A stretch of 64,000 nt of DNA. Source: Patescibacteria group bacterium (lineage in GTDB: Bacteria; Patescibacteriota; Minisyncoccia; Minisyncoccales; UBA10102). Position 1 is the stretch's first letter, and each line of letters starts with the position of its first letter. Of the stretch, positions 1-8,429 are shown piece after piece. The notes beneath the pieces were generated by a model that worked only from the letters and a program-made list of their open reading frames with translations, made no database searches and had not been told where the DNA came from. The translations under genes were made by a program, and so were the position numbers. The stretch lies in contig JADFNM010000001.1 of NCBI GenBank assembly GCA_022563395.1, positions 270,342-334,341 of the forward strand, read 5' to 3'.

Positions 1-91
1 CTTTTATGTCTGGAATATCAAACAAACGTAGTATTGCCTCAGTGTGAGTACGAGAAGTAAATCCCTGTAATATAAAATCTTTTTTGGGCAT
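1..91 (-). CDS. hypothetical protein, 5' part only (runs off left edge)
   Basis: ATG at 89-91 (minus) opens MPKKDFILQGFTSRTHTEAILRLFDIPDIK... No family recognised. Below the ORF-track size cutoff. Confidence 0.3.
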   Translation of the reverse strand, partial: MPKKDFILQGFTSRTHTEAILRLFDIPDIK

Positions 92-119
92 AGTATATAA
101 ATCCTGATTCACATACAAT

Positions 120-290
120 TTACTTTTCCTCTAACTCTCTCAAAGATCCTTGGATTACTTTAACTTTATGACGAGGACAATTTAATCTAGGACACCAAAT
201 TCTCATATTAACTCTATCCTCAGATTTACCAGTAATCTCAACTTCCATCTTAGTGCTACATATTGGGCAAAATTGATCTTTAATTTTCAT
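120..290 (-). CDS. small zinc-ribbon protein (56 aa, CxxC...CxxxxC)
   Basis: Hand translation MKIKDQFCPICSTKMEVEITGKSEDRVNMRIWCPRLNCPRHKVKVIQGSLRELEEK*. Family-A intergenic module lies directly upstream (296-412). Confidence 0.45.
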   Translation of the reverse strand: MKIKDQFCPICSTKMEVEITGKSEDRVNMRIWCPRLNCPRHKVKVIQGSLRELEEK

Positions 291-295
291 ATTTC

Positions 296-412
296 TATCT
301 TATCAAAAAATCACCATTCTGGCGATCTTTAGCACAAACGTCGTACAACATATAATGGACGTCATTTAGTCTCCCTCTGTACTCTCAAGTCCGGCCTCAT
401 ATAATATACGTC
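296..412 (-). repeat. family-A intergenic module, copy 1 (diverged)
   Basis: AAAAAATCACC-N5-GGCGA hairpin at 305-325 plus the TCAAGTCCGGCCTCATATAATATACGTC box at 385-412. Confidence 0.7.
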
Positions 413-594
413 TTTAATTTAATGTGTCTTAATCACGACCTTACTATCTTAAGAATAAGGTTACTAATACTCCTATTGCTATTCCTTTAATGAATGCAAT
501 CCAGACTACCCAATTACTCACTTTACTTAGCCACCATTTAAATATCTTCATAGTTATAAATCAAACTTATTATCATTTTATCTGACAATTCTAT

Positions 595-652
595 TCTATC
601 AAAAAACCGCCTTTCTAGCGACTTTGAGTCCAGCCTTATATATTGAACGTCT
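595..652 (-). repeat. family-A module, copy 2 (short form)
   Basis: CTATCAAAAAACCGCCTTTCTAGCGACTTTGAGTCCAGCCTTATATATTGAACGTC. Confidence 0.85.
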
Positions 653-681
653 TTAAATCCACTATCATAATTGCAAGGTCT

Positions 682-969
682 CTATTCTTCAAAAACCCAG
701 TCTTTGAGCTCTTCGTATGATACGGGATCACATATCAATCTTTTTCTTTCTGCGTCATAAAAACTAGGCACAACGAGATTCCCTCTGCAATGCTCTTTAT
801 AGAGATCTCTCATATCTTCCATTCTCTGATGATTTTCTGCGTCATGCCACGCTTCGCGCTTTACAATCTCTACCCCCTCTTCCGCTATCAACCGTTTCAC
901 TATGGGTATAACAGCTAAGCAATCTGGACACTCTCGCCCATAAAAAAATTCGATACGTTTTTTAATCAT
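682..969 (-). CDS. thioredoxin-fold / glutaredoxin-like small redox protein
   Basis: CPDC motif near the N-terminus in a ~95 aa protein. ATG at 969 preferred over the TTG at 984, which lies inside the upstream repeat. Confidence 0.65.
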   Translation of the reverse strand: MIKKRIEFFYGRECPDCLAVIPIVKRLIAEEGVEIVKREAWHDAENHQRMEDMRDLYKEHCRGNLVVPSFYDAERKRLICDPVSYEELKDWVFEE

Positions 970-977
970 ATTCAATT

Positions 978-1053
978 CTATCAAAAAATCGCCCTTTTAG
1001 CGATGCTGAGTCCCCCTTTATGCGCCTGAGTCCGGCTTCATATATTGTGGGAC
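978..1053 (-). repeat. family-A module, copy 3 (long form)
   Basis: Spans exactly from the NUDIX stop region to 9 nt before the thioredoxin-like ATG. Confidence 0.85.
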
Positions 1054-1057
1054 TAAC

Positions 1058-1525
1058 TCATCCCTGAGCTCGTTGTATGGCTTCTCGAGCATAGAACTTA
1101 ATACTAGATTCCAGGCGAAACCGTGAATCATCAAGTTCATCTTCTGTGAGCCATCGAATCTCGGTGTGTTCCTCTTCTGCAAGTTGAACCACATCAGTCT
1201 CAGTCCGCAAAAAATACACAAGACCAATGTGCTTGTGCGTTTTACTGATAGGATGAATATCTACATATGCTGGCGTATATAAAAACTTTCGACTAGGGTC
1301 CTCAAGACTTAGGTTCGGTTTTGACGCCAGCACTTCAACATTTTCAATACCGCTTTCTTCTTTAACTTCACGCAACAAAGCCTCATCAGGATCTTCATCA
1401 AGCTCTATGTGACCACCAAGGGGAAGCCACTTTTGGAGTTCCTTATGAAAAATAAAGAGCACCTTACGCTTATACACAACATAGGCTACGATTGTCCAAT
1501 CAATTTGCTCGTGAATATGAGACAT
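1058..1525 (-). CDS. NUDIX hydrolase
   Basis: Nudix box GGHIELDEDPDEALLREVKEESGI (GX5EX7REUXEEXGU). Confidence 0.85.
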   Translation of the reverse strand: MSHIHEQIDWTIVAYVVYKRKVLFIFHKELQKWLPLGGHIELDEDPDEALLREVKEESGIENVEVLASKPNLSLEDPSRKFLYTPAYVDIHPISKTHKHIGLVYFLRTETDVVQLAEEEHTEIRWLTEDELDDSRFRLESSIKFYAREAIQRAQG

Positions 1526-1533
1526 ATTATATT

Positions 1534-1573
1534 CTTATCGTAACAAAAAACCGCCTTTTTGGCGACTTTAAGC
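1534..1573 (-). repeat. family-A module, copy 4 (hairpin part only)
   Basis: AACAAAAAACCGCCTTTTTGGCGACTTTAAGC, 9 nt upstream of the NUDIX ATG. Confidence 0.85.
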
Positions 1574-1591
1574 ATAGCTTATTATCTTGTA

Positions 1592-3043
1592 TTACTTCCC
1601 AAGCTTAAGAGTTTCATCAATCCTAACTTGATCAACGAATTCCTTTACGTGACTCACAAGAATCATAGCACCCTCATACCGACTCAGTGCCTTTGCAATA
1701 ATAGGCAAATGCCTAAAGTTCATATGGTTTGTTGGTTCGTCTAAAATAAGCAAACCGGGCTTTTGCAATACTAACTGTGCTAAAGAAACCAGGCCTTTTT
1801 GCCCTTCAGACAAGCTCCCAATCTTTGAATAAATAATATCTTGATCTATGAGAAATCCGGCAGCTAATGCTCGTAATTTTTCATTGGTGACACCAGTAAA
1901 TACATTAACTAAAGAGTCATACACTATATCCTCAAAATTCAGTGTAGAAAAATCTTGACGATAATAACCAATCTTTACATCAGGATTTACCGTTATGCCT
2001 TTTGTATTGCGAAAAGCAATAGATTCCAATAATGTACTCTTCCCAATACCATTTGGGCCCGCTAAAAGAAGGTGATCGCCCTTGCGCAAAGATATGTTTA
2101 CAGAATGATGCGATTCTTTTCCATCAACCATACTCGTTACGATGAAAATATTAAGAATCTCTCCGGACAGCGATTCCTGCACGGGAATTATAAAGGAACG
2201 GATTGTCTTATCCTCTTTTCGCACCTCCACCTTATTCTCCTCTGACTCTTTAATCTCATCTCTCAGCTTTTTTGCAACAAGCCGCATCTTTCCACCTTTA
2301 TGAGAAAAAAAGTTAGCCTTATCTTTATTCTCTTGAATCACTTTTGCGAGTTGAGCATTCTTTCTCTTCTCTTGCTCAACTCTCGCTGTAATTTCTTTTA
2401 CTACATCAAAGTAGTTCCCCGTATATCTCTCTATTCTTTGTGTAAATATATCTAAATATAGTACGCCTTCGGTAAATGCATTCAAAAAGTCTGCATCGTG
2501 AGAAATGACTATAACGGTCTTATCATAGTTAATCAAGAATTGCTTTAAGTGTTCAATCCCCTCTGGATCCAAGTTATTGGTTGGCTCGTCCAACAACAGC
2601 AAATCTGGTTTTTGAATTAAGGCTGAAGCTAAAAGCAGTCGTGCTTGCTGTCCTCCAGAGAAAGATCGTATAATTCTGTCATGATCCGCCTTAAAGTTCA
2701 CTACTAAAAGAATCTCATCAATCTTTGGATCTATATCATATACCTTTTCTTTGAAACAAGCCTCAAAGAATTCACGCACTGTTATATCCAATTGTTCTTG
2801 CGGTATTACTTGCCGCGAGGTAGCGATAGTAAGTCCTCTTTCAACATGTATATTGCCGTCGGTAGATTCCAGCTTTCCATTCATTAACTGAAAGATTGTA
2901 CTCTTTCCAGCACCATTCTGCCCCATCAAAGTCATCTTTGATCCTCGCCTAACAGAAAAATCCACCTCAGAGAGGATGGATTGTTTGCTCGTATATTTAA
3001 ATGATACTTCACCAAATCTGACGATAACATTCCCATTGCTCAT
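1592..3043 (-). CDS. ABC-F family ATPase (two ABC domains, no TM domain)
   Basis: Walker A GQNGAGKST and GPNGIGKST, signatures FSGGQQAR and LSEGQKG, charged inter-domain linker. Confidence 0.85.
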   Translation of the reverse strand: MSNGNVIVRFGEVSFKYTSKQSILSEVDFSVRRGSKMTLMGQNGAGKSTIFQLMNGKLESTDGNIHVERGLTIATSRQVIPQEQLDITVREFFEACFKEKVYDIDPKIDEILLVVNFKADHDRIIRSFSGGQQARLLLASALIQKPDLLLLDEPTNNLDPEGIEHLKQFLINYDKTVIVISHDADFLNAFTEGVLYLDIFTQRIERYTGNYFDVVKEITARVEQEKRKNAQLAKVIQENKDKANFFSHKGGKMRLVAKKLRDEIKESEENKVEVRKEDKTIRSFIIPVQESLSGEILNIFIVTSMVDGKESHHSVNISLRKGDHLLLAGPNGIGKSTLLESIAFRNTKGITVNPDVKIGYYRQDFSTLNFEDIVYDSLVNVFTGVTNEKLRALAAGFLIDQDIIYSKIGSLSEGQKGLVSLAQLVLQKPGLLILDEPTNHMNFRHLPIIAKALSRYEGAMILVSHVKEFVDQVRIDETLKLGK

Positions 3044-3097
3044 CTAGACATAGTGCAACTTTTTGAGTCAGGAGTCAATAAGTCCTATGTATTCGTT

Positions 3098-3124
3098 AAT
3101 AAAAAACCGCCTGCTTGGCGATTC
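3098..3124 (-). repeat. family-A module, copy 5 (hairpin part only)
   Basis: AATAAAAAACCGCCTGCTTGGCGATTC, upstream of the ABC-F gene. Confidence 0.75.
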
Positions 3125-3147
3125 TTGAAAAAGTATAAGTTGACCAC

Positions 3148-3176
3148 TTGCACAAGAAGCTCACACAGTTTAGAAT
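3148..3176 (+). promoter_or_regulatory. sigma70-type promoter candidate for the radical SAM gene
   Basis: TTGCAC (3148-3153), 17-nt spacer, TAGAAT (3171-3176). GGGAGG Shine-Dalgarno at 3195-3200, 8 nt before the ATG at 3209. Confidence 0.5.
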
Positions 3177-3208
3177 GACTAAAACCTAGCAAGAGGGAGG
3201 TAAGTGAG

Positions 3209-4285
3209 ATGGTTCTTTCCAAAATAGAAGAAATAAAAATCCGACTTATGGTGGAAGGTATGGCGGTAGACCCAGGTGTGCGGAACCTAGCCCTTGGCCC
3301 CCTTACTTTAGCTGAGTACGCTTCGACGTCAGGAGTTATCCTGGTGCTTCCAGATGAGGTCTGGGTGAATGCCCCTATTGCGGAACATAACCCAAATTTT
3401 GTTGTCCGGCCTTCCATCATACTCTCTGCGCACGAGGATGAATTGGTACTTCAGGTGAATGGAGAAGAGATCCCAGTTCGATTTAGCCCTATGCCTCAGG
3501 ACCATGAAACAATGAGCCGATTGGGTGCGGTTATACATGCTGACCGTGTGCGCATTTCCCCCGTCGATGGGTGTGCTGTAACCTGCCTATTCTGTAATAT
3601 CCCATATGAGGACAGGTACCAAAGGAGAGAAGCTGCGGATTTGCTGCAAGGCATCACACTCGCGCTCCACGACGAAGTGGTACCGGCACAGCATATCCTT
3701 ATTTCGGGAGGAACCCCTCAACCCGGGGATTACGATTGGTTGAATGAGATGTATGAGCGGGTGGCGAATGCCTTCCGTGCTACCGTGGACATCATGATGG
3801 TACCAGAGGAAGGGTTACTCGACCCCGGGCATCTTAAAGAAATCGGCATTCACGGTCTATCTATCAATCTGGAGGTTTACAACCAAGAAGTCGCCCGGCG
3901 GATCATGGCAGGCAAATGGAAAGTGGGACTTGACCGCTACCTTAATTTCATTGGGAAAGCGGTGGAGATCTTTGGCGAAGGGAAGGTTCGGTCTCTCCTT
4001 CTTGTGGGCATTGAGTCGCTCGAAGATACCTTGCGGGGCGTGAGCGCATTGGCGGAGCGCGGATGCGACCCTGTCTTGAGCCCGTTCCGTCCCGACCCAG
4101 CAACACCCTTGCGGAACAATGTTCCTCCTTCTATAGAGCTCCTTAGGGAGGCATGGGAACGCAGCATAGAGATTGTAGGACGCTATTCAGGAGTCGTCCT
4201 CGGTCCGCGCTGCATCCCCTGCACCCACAACACTTTGACCTTCCCAGATGATAGCGGGAGGTACTACTACTCCCGCGTACACTAG
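3209..4285 (+). CDS. radical SAM enzyme, subfamily unknown, with ~110 aa N-terminal extra domain
   Basis: CAVTCLFC = CX3CX2C cluster motif, ISGGTPQ SAM-binding-like motif. GC-rich relative to flanks. Only large plus-strand gene in the first 20 kb. Confidence 0.8.
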   Translation: MVLSKIEEIKIRLMVEGMAVDPGVRNLALGPLTLAEYASTSGVILVLPDEVWVNAPIAEHNPNFVVRPSIILSAHEDELVLQVNGEEIPVRFSPMPQDHETMSRLGAVIHADRVRISPVDGCAVTCLFCNIPYEDRYQRREAADLLQGITLALHDEVVPAQHILISGGTPQPGDYDWLNEMYERVANAFRATVDIMMVPEEGLLDPGHLKEIGIHGLSINLEVYNQEVARRIMAGKWKVGLDRYLNFIGKAVEIFGEGKVRSLLLVGIESLEDTLRGVSALAERGCDPVLSPFRPDPATPLRNNVPPSIELLREAWERSIEIVGRYSGVVLGPRCIPCTHNTLTFPDDSGRYYYSRVH

Positions 4286-4307
4286 GTAATGAGAGAAGGG
4301 AGAGTAG

Positions 4308-4339
4308 AAGGCCCGTTCACCTGATGAGCGGGCCTTTTC
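4308..4339 (+). terminator. rho-independent terminator after the radical SAM gene
   Basis: Stem AAGGCCCG (4308-4315) / CGGGCCTT (4329-4336) followed by a T-run. Confidence 0.7.
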
Positions 4340-4344
4340 ACTAT

Positions 4345-5466
4345 TCAATGAAGAGAACAAACTTTCTCACGAAAGCCAATCATATTGAATTGTGCTGCTT
4401 GCACAGCGCAATACGCACCTGCTTTGGGAATTGCCACGAGATCGCCTTCACGGAGTTTCGGCATTTTCTTGAAAGGCACAAGTATATCGCCAACTTGGCA
4501 AGAAGCGCCAAGAATTGCTCCGTAGACAAGAGGTGATTTGCGAAAACTATACGGCCTTCTTTCATTTAACAAGCCTCTGATATGATGAATTGTGCCGTCC
4601 GAGAAGAAATAATATCGTCCCCTCCTTTGTAATACGGAATGGATACGGACAATATAATATCCTGCGCCGCGCACGATGTAGTTTCCAGGTTCCACTTGTA
4701 TTTTTAGAATTCTTTTATGTTTCTTGCCGAACTTTTCTGCCTCTGCAATAATTCTTTTTGCATATGTTGTGATATCAAACTCGGACTCCTCGCTTCCAAT
4801 AGGGGCTGCAATACCCCCACCGATGTTAATTACCAGAACAGAAGGATGTTTTTCCGTGATTTTAAGTAACCGCTGAAACGCTTCAATAAATAGACCAATT
4901 CGATATGAGTCCGAGCTTGTATGCATATGTAGTCTTGTTATACGATTTCTTAGTTTCGCAGGAATGCTTCTGAACTCTTCTGGAGAAACACCAAAATGGC
5001 TCTCTTTACTTCCCGAGGCAATTCCTGCCCCGTAACTCCACCCGATACGGGGATTGATGCGCAGTCCCACGTCTTTCATGGAGGCAATCTTTTTAAGGTC
5101 GGGAATACTATTTGCATTTGCTTTTACACTATTCCTCTTTATATATTGCAGTATCTCTGAGGTAAGTACTGGACCAGTGAAAGAAATATCCTTAGAAACT
5201 TTCCTCGCCGCCTTTAGTTCTTCCAAAGAAGAGACATGAAACCCCAAACCCATCCTACTTAGCTGCTTGAGTATCTCTGGGTTATTGTTCGCCTTTACAG
5301 CATAGAGCAGTTTGAAGTTTGTGTACGAAGAGAAGGCATTCTTGATTCTTTCCACCTGGCCTTTTACATGGTTTACATCATACAGAAAAACGGGCGTTCT
5401 TTCGCTCAAGGCTTTAGCATTCTCCAGCGTTGCTTTAATGCACTCAAGATCATTCACCGAAATCAT
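4345..5466 (-). CDS. PLP-dependent fold-type III decarboxylase (Orn/DAP/Arg decarboxylase family, LysA-like)
   Basis: YAVKANNNPEIL PLP-lysine motif and INIGGG glycine loop. Starts 5 nt after the ATP-grasp stop codon. Confidence 0.8.
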   Translation of the reverse strand: MISVNDLECIKATLENAKALSERTPVFLYDVNHVKGQVERIKNAFSSYTNFKLLYAVKANNNPEILKQLSRMGLGFHVSSLEELKAARKVSKDISFTGPVLTSEILQYIKRNSVKANANSIPDLKKIASMKDVGLRINPRIGWSYGAGIASGSKESHFGVSPEEFRSIPAKLRNRITRLHMHTSSDSYRIGLFIEAFQRLLKITEKHPSVLVINIGGGIAAPIGSEESEFDITTYAKRIIAEAEKFGKKHKRILKIQVEPGNYIVRGAGYYIVRIHSVLQRRGRYYFFSDGTIHHIRGLLNERRPYSFRKSPLVYGAILGASCQVGDILVPFKKMPKLREGDLVAIPKAGAYCAVQAAQFNMIGFREKVCSLH

Positions 5467-5471
5467 AGTAC

Positions 5472-6875
5472 CTATTGCAGTAAATCATGGGTTTTGGGGC
5501 TGTCAAAATAAAATTCCCAGTCGGTTGAATCAAAACTTGTCTCAATAATCTTGCCCACAGCCCCCCGTATTTTTTGTAGCGTCTGATCATACGACGTTCC
5601 TGTAGTAATATAGTATCCCGCGTTTCCTCCTGCGAATACATAACCTTTAGGATAGAACATCGCTTTGTAGGCAGCCCCTTTTTTCATAAATGGCGTGGAA
5701 GGGTTTTTGGAAGCGAAAACTCTTGTAATCTTTTGTCCACTCTTGTATGGCTTTATCTTACTGTGCGCCCATACATAATCAACCTGAAAGTTTGGGTAGG
5801 AAATATCAGGAATATCGTTGTGCAAGAATATGCGGAGTTCAAGGTCTATAAGATCTATGCCCTTGCTGCGAGCGGAAAGGATGTGACAAAGGTAACCACC
5901 TTGTCTCCGAGGATTCAAATCTGTAGGAAAAACAGAACCATTTTTATCAATAATAAAGTCGAGCCCAAATATACCCCGGAAACCCTTACGGGAAAGATAG
6001 TTCCCCACCACTGCAGTCGTTTTTCTCATTATGCCCTTGTGCCGTTCTGTGGCCTTTGAAGGGTAGATATTACCAATATATTGATTGCTGCGGAGAATCT
6101 GGTCTGAGATACAGTTCACAACAGTATTGTTTCTGCCTACTACTATAGCATTAGTGTTGGGGGATAATACAACATCCTCGATAAAGCGTGCCACAAGGAA
6201 TTCATTGTTTCGGTTAATACCTCGTAATTCATGCGAGAACGAGTCAATCTGGGCAGGATTGCTTATAATCCTGCTTTCGTGTCCTCCAGAACTAAAAGAT
6301 GCGGAAAGAAAAATAGGATATTGCTTTACAGTTCGTTGAACAGCAGCAAGGTTCTTAAAGATTTTGACTTCGTTCTTTGACAGACCTAGTTTATCAAAAA
6401 GCAGTTTATGCTGAACTTTATTATCATATTTCGTTACAACTTTTGAATCAGGGCCAAGAACAATCACTTTTGAGGAATTGAACGAAAGGTTGGTAGTCGT
6501 GAATGGAAGAAGAAATACGCGCTTTTGCTTCAAGATGAGTTTTCTAATAAAGTCTTTCACATAGGAAGATCTGCTAAATTCCTGATTAAGATCCTCATTC
6601 TCTGAGAGAAAGATGAAATTCTTTTCCCCAGTGTCTCTTTGTACTTTTTGCGCTCTCTGATTCATTACGAGGAAGTTCGCTTTTTGGAAATACTGATTGC
6701 TTCTTGCTGACACTACGAAAATGGGCTCAAAAGGTCTCTGAAAGCGATCCTGGAGTGCTTCTTTCCATAGCAGAGTAGCGTATTCAAAGCGGTCTACCAA
6801 AAAAGAGAAGAAGTACTCTCTCCGATTTGTAAATATGTTTGGATCCAGTTTTGCGGTGGAAATATCAGAGGCCAT
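5472..6875 (-). CDS. ATP-grasp ligase with long N-terminal pre-ATP-grasp region
   Basis: C-terminal half GFRGIFGLDFIIDKNGSVFPTDLNPRRQGG resembles an ATP-grasp nucleotide/Mg site. Substrate unknown. Confidence 0.6.
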   Translation of the reverse strand: MASDISTAKLDPNIFTNRREYFFSFLVDRFEYATLLWKEALQDRFQRPFEPIFVVSARSNQYFQKANFLVMNQRAQKVQRDTGEKNFIFLSENEDLNQEFSRSSYVKDFIRKLILKQKRVFLLPFTTTNLSFNSSKVIVLGPDSKVVTKYDNKVQHKLLFDKLGLSKNEVKIFKNLAAVQRTVKQYPIFLSASFSSGGHESRIISNPAQIDSFSHELRGINRNNEFLVARFIEDVVLSPNTNAIVVGRNNTVVNCISDQILRSNQYIGNIYPSKATERHKGIMRKTTAVVGNYLSRKGFRGIFGLDFIIDKNGSVFPTDLNPRRQGGYLCHILSARSKGIDLIDLELRIFLHNDIPDISYPNFQVDYVWAHSKIKPYKSGQKITRVFASKNPSTPFMKKGAAYKAMFYPKGYVFAGGNAGYYITTGTSYDQTLQKIRGAVGKIIETSFDSTDWEFYFDSPKTHDLLQ

Positions 6876-6883
6876 TCTTCAAT

Positions 6884-6958
6884 CTATCAAAAAATCGCCT
6901 GTTTGGCGACTTTGAGTCCCCCTTTATACATACAAGTCCGGCTTCATATATTGGACGT
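6884..6958 (-). repeat. family-A module, copy 6 (long form)
   Basis: Directly upstream of the ATP-grasp ATG (6875). Confidence 0.85.
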
Positions 6959-7089
6959 CTTATGGTCCTACTGCACATATTCTCCAAGTCTCCTATCTCA
7001 GGTCAACAAAAGACAAAGATAAAAAAAAGAGGAAGTAGTCAATTAAGTGACTACCCCCTCATGAAAATCCCGAAGGATTCCCTTTAAAC

Positions 7090-7989
7090 CTAGCTGACAA
7101 CATCCAGAGGCAGATCTATCTCGTAGCCCTCCAGTAGTTCGTCTAGGAACGCTGCCGTCTGTGGATCAGCCTCTACCAAAGGCAGACGCAGCCCACCAAC
7201 CGGGAAACCCACCTCATTCAGGCAATACTTCACAGGTATGGGGCTGGTGACCACAAACAGGCCCTTGGCCAAGGGAAGCTGCCGCAGGTGCTCAGACGCA
7301 GCCTTCTGCAACCTGCCTTCCACGGTCAGATTGATGAGCCGCTTGATCTGCTGCCCAATGAGGTGCGAGGCAACGCTCACCACCCCGTAACCTCCAAGGC
7401 TGAGGACGCCGAATGTGTCTGAGTCATTCCCGCTCCACACTTTGAACCCGTCTGGCGCGTTCCGAATGATCTCTCCGATCTGGTGGAAGTCTCCGGAAGC
7501 CTCCTTGACGCCAACGATGTTAGACACTTCGGCCAGACGCAACGTGGTCTCAGCCGTCATGTTGACGATGGTGCGGCTGGGCACGTTGTACAGAATGCAG
7601 GGCAACTCCACACTCTCAGCTATCGTCCTGAAGTGCAGATACAGGCCCTCTTGCGTGGGCTTATTGTAGTAAGGCACCACGAGCAAGAGAGCATCGGCTC
7701 CCGCTTCCTTCGCTTCCCGCGAAAGGTGCACGGATTCATCAGTTCCGTTGGTACCGGAACCCGCAATGACCGCTGCTGTGTCCCCTACCGCATTCTTGAC
7801 TGCAGCCCACAGCTTGACGTTCTCTTCGTGAAAGAGCACTGGATTCTCGCCCGTGGTGCCGGTGACCACGAGGCCGTCGCTCCCAGAGGCCACAAGGGCC
7901 TTGGCCAAAAGCCTTGCTCTCTCAAGATCCACGCCACCATCTTCTCTAAACGGCGTCACCATTGCAGTAACGAGTCTTCCAATTTCCAT
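7090..7989 (-). CDS. dapA: 4-hydroxy-tetrahydrodipicolinate synthase
   Basis: DapA/NAL family signatures (VVTGTTGE, YNVPSRT). GC-rich. GGAGG 7 nt upstream of the ATG. Confidence 0.9.
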   Translation of the reverse strand: MEIGRLVTAMVTPFREDGGVDLERARLLAKALVASGSDGLVVTGTTGENPVLFHEENVKLWAAVKNAVGDTAAVIAGSGTNGTDESVHLSREAKEAGADALLLVVPYYNKPTQEGLYLHFRTIAESVELPCILYNVPSRTIVNMTAETTLRLAEVSNIVGVKEASGDFHQIGEIIRNAPDGFKVWSGNDSDTFGVLSLGGYGVVSVASHLIGQQIKRLINLTVEGRLQKAASEHLRQLPLAKGLFVVTSPIPVKYCLNEVGFPVGGLRLPLVEADPQTAAFLDELLEGYEIDLPLDVVS

Positions 7990-8185
7990 TTCACTACCTC
8001 CATATTATTGTGACTTCTCCGTCAGTCTCTCGTCGCCAACCCCTTCATGAGATATCGTGCCTTCCTTTCTCCCTTTCCATAGAATCAGGATTTTTCATTC
8101 TTACTACCGGCTCTCTCCAGTAAGAATATTGTTAATGTACTTTGTGAGCCGATGAAGAGAGGTATGATCTCCCTTCATCGACACA

Positions 8186-8223
8186 TAAAAACCCGCCTTT
8201 CTGGCTTATCCAAGAAGGCGGGT
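8186..8223 (-). terminator. intrinsic terminator inside the dapA upstream leader
   Basis: Minus strand ACCCGCCTT-N15-AAGGCGGGT followed by TTTTT. Confidence 0.65.
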
Positions 8224-8249
8224 TCAAATGGCTTTATCTATCTAATGGA

Positions 8250-8333
8250 TTACAGCTTTTGCCAAGCGAAAATACGCGCCTTCTTGAAGGGCTTCTTCGC
8301 TTTTTTCTCGTCTATCATAAACAAATGCAACAT
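8250..8333 (-). CDS. candidate Lys-rich mini-ORF (27 aa, or 22 aa from the ATG at 8318)
   Basis: Hand translation MLHLFMIDEKKAKKPFKKARIFAWQKL*. Lies between a TTGACA-containing promoter-like stretch and the terminator at 8186-8223. Confidence 0.2.
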   Translation of the reverse strand: MLHLFMIDEKKAKKPFKKARIFAWQKL

Positions 8334-8374
8334 ATACTTTAATGTATAAGAAGAAGCTCAGGGTGTCAAGCACA

Positions 8375-8403
8375 CTTGAGTCCGGCTTCATATATTGTGG
8401 GAC
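8375..8403 (-). repeat. family-A module, copy 7 (distal box only)
   Basis: CTTGAGTCCGGCTTCATATATTGTGGGAC, just after the DUF3179 stop. Confidence 0.8.
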
Positions 8404-8429
8404 ACTACTCCCCCCCTACAAGATAACGT

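Noticed and set aside
444-551. A 35-aa hydrophobic mini-ORF (MKIFKWWLSKVSNWVVWIAFIKGIAIGVLVTLFLR) between family-A copies 1 and 2.
   Set aside because: It is plausible as a small membrane peptide, but the length and lack of any independent signal make it unsupportable. It is noted only as a candidate.
3085-3420. A 111-aa minus-strand ORF overlapping the radical SAM start.
   Set aside because: It is antisense to a gene with a clear promoter, SD and radical SAM motif, and it spans the family-A copy. No supporting signals.
7990-8185. A canonical lysine (L-box) riboswitch in front of dapA.
   Set aside because: I could not find the conserved L-box core elements (AGAGGNGC, GCCGAAG, CTGTCA) in order. 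Only loose resemblances (GGAAAGGGAG, ACTGACGGAG) were seen, so it is reported only as an unclassified structured leader.
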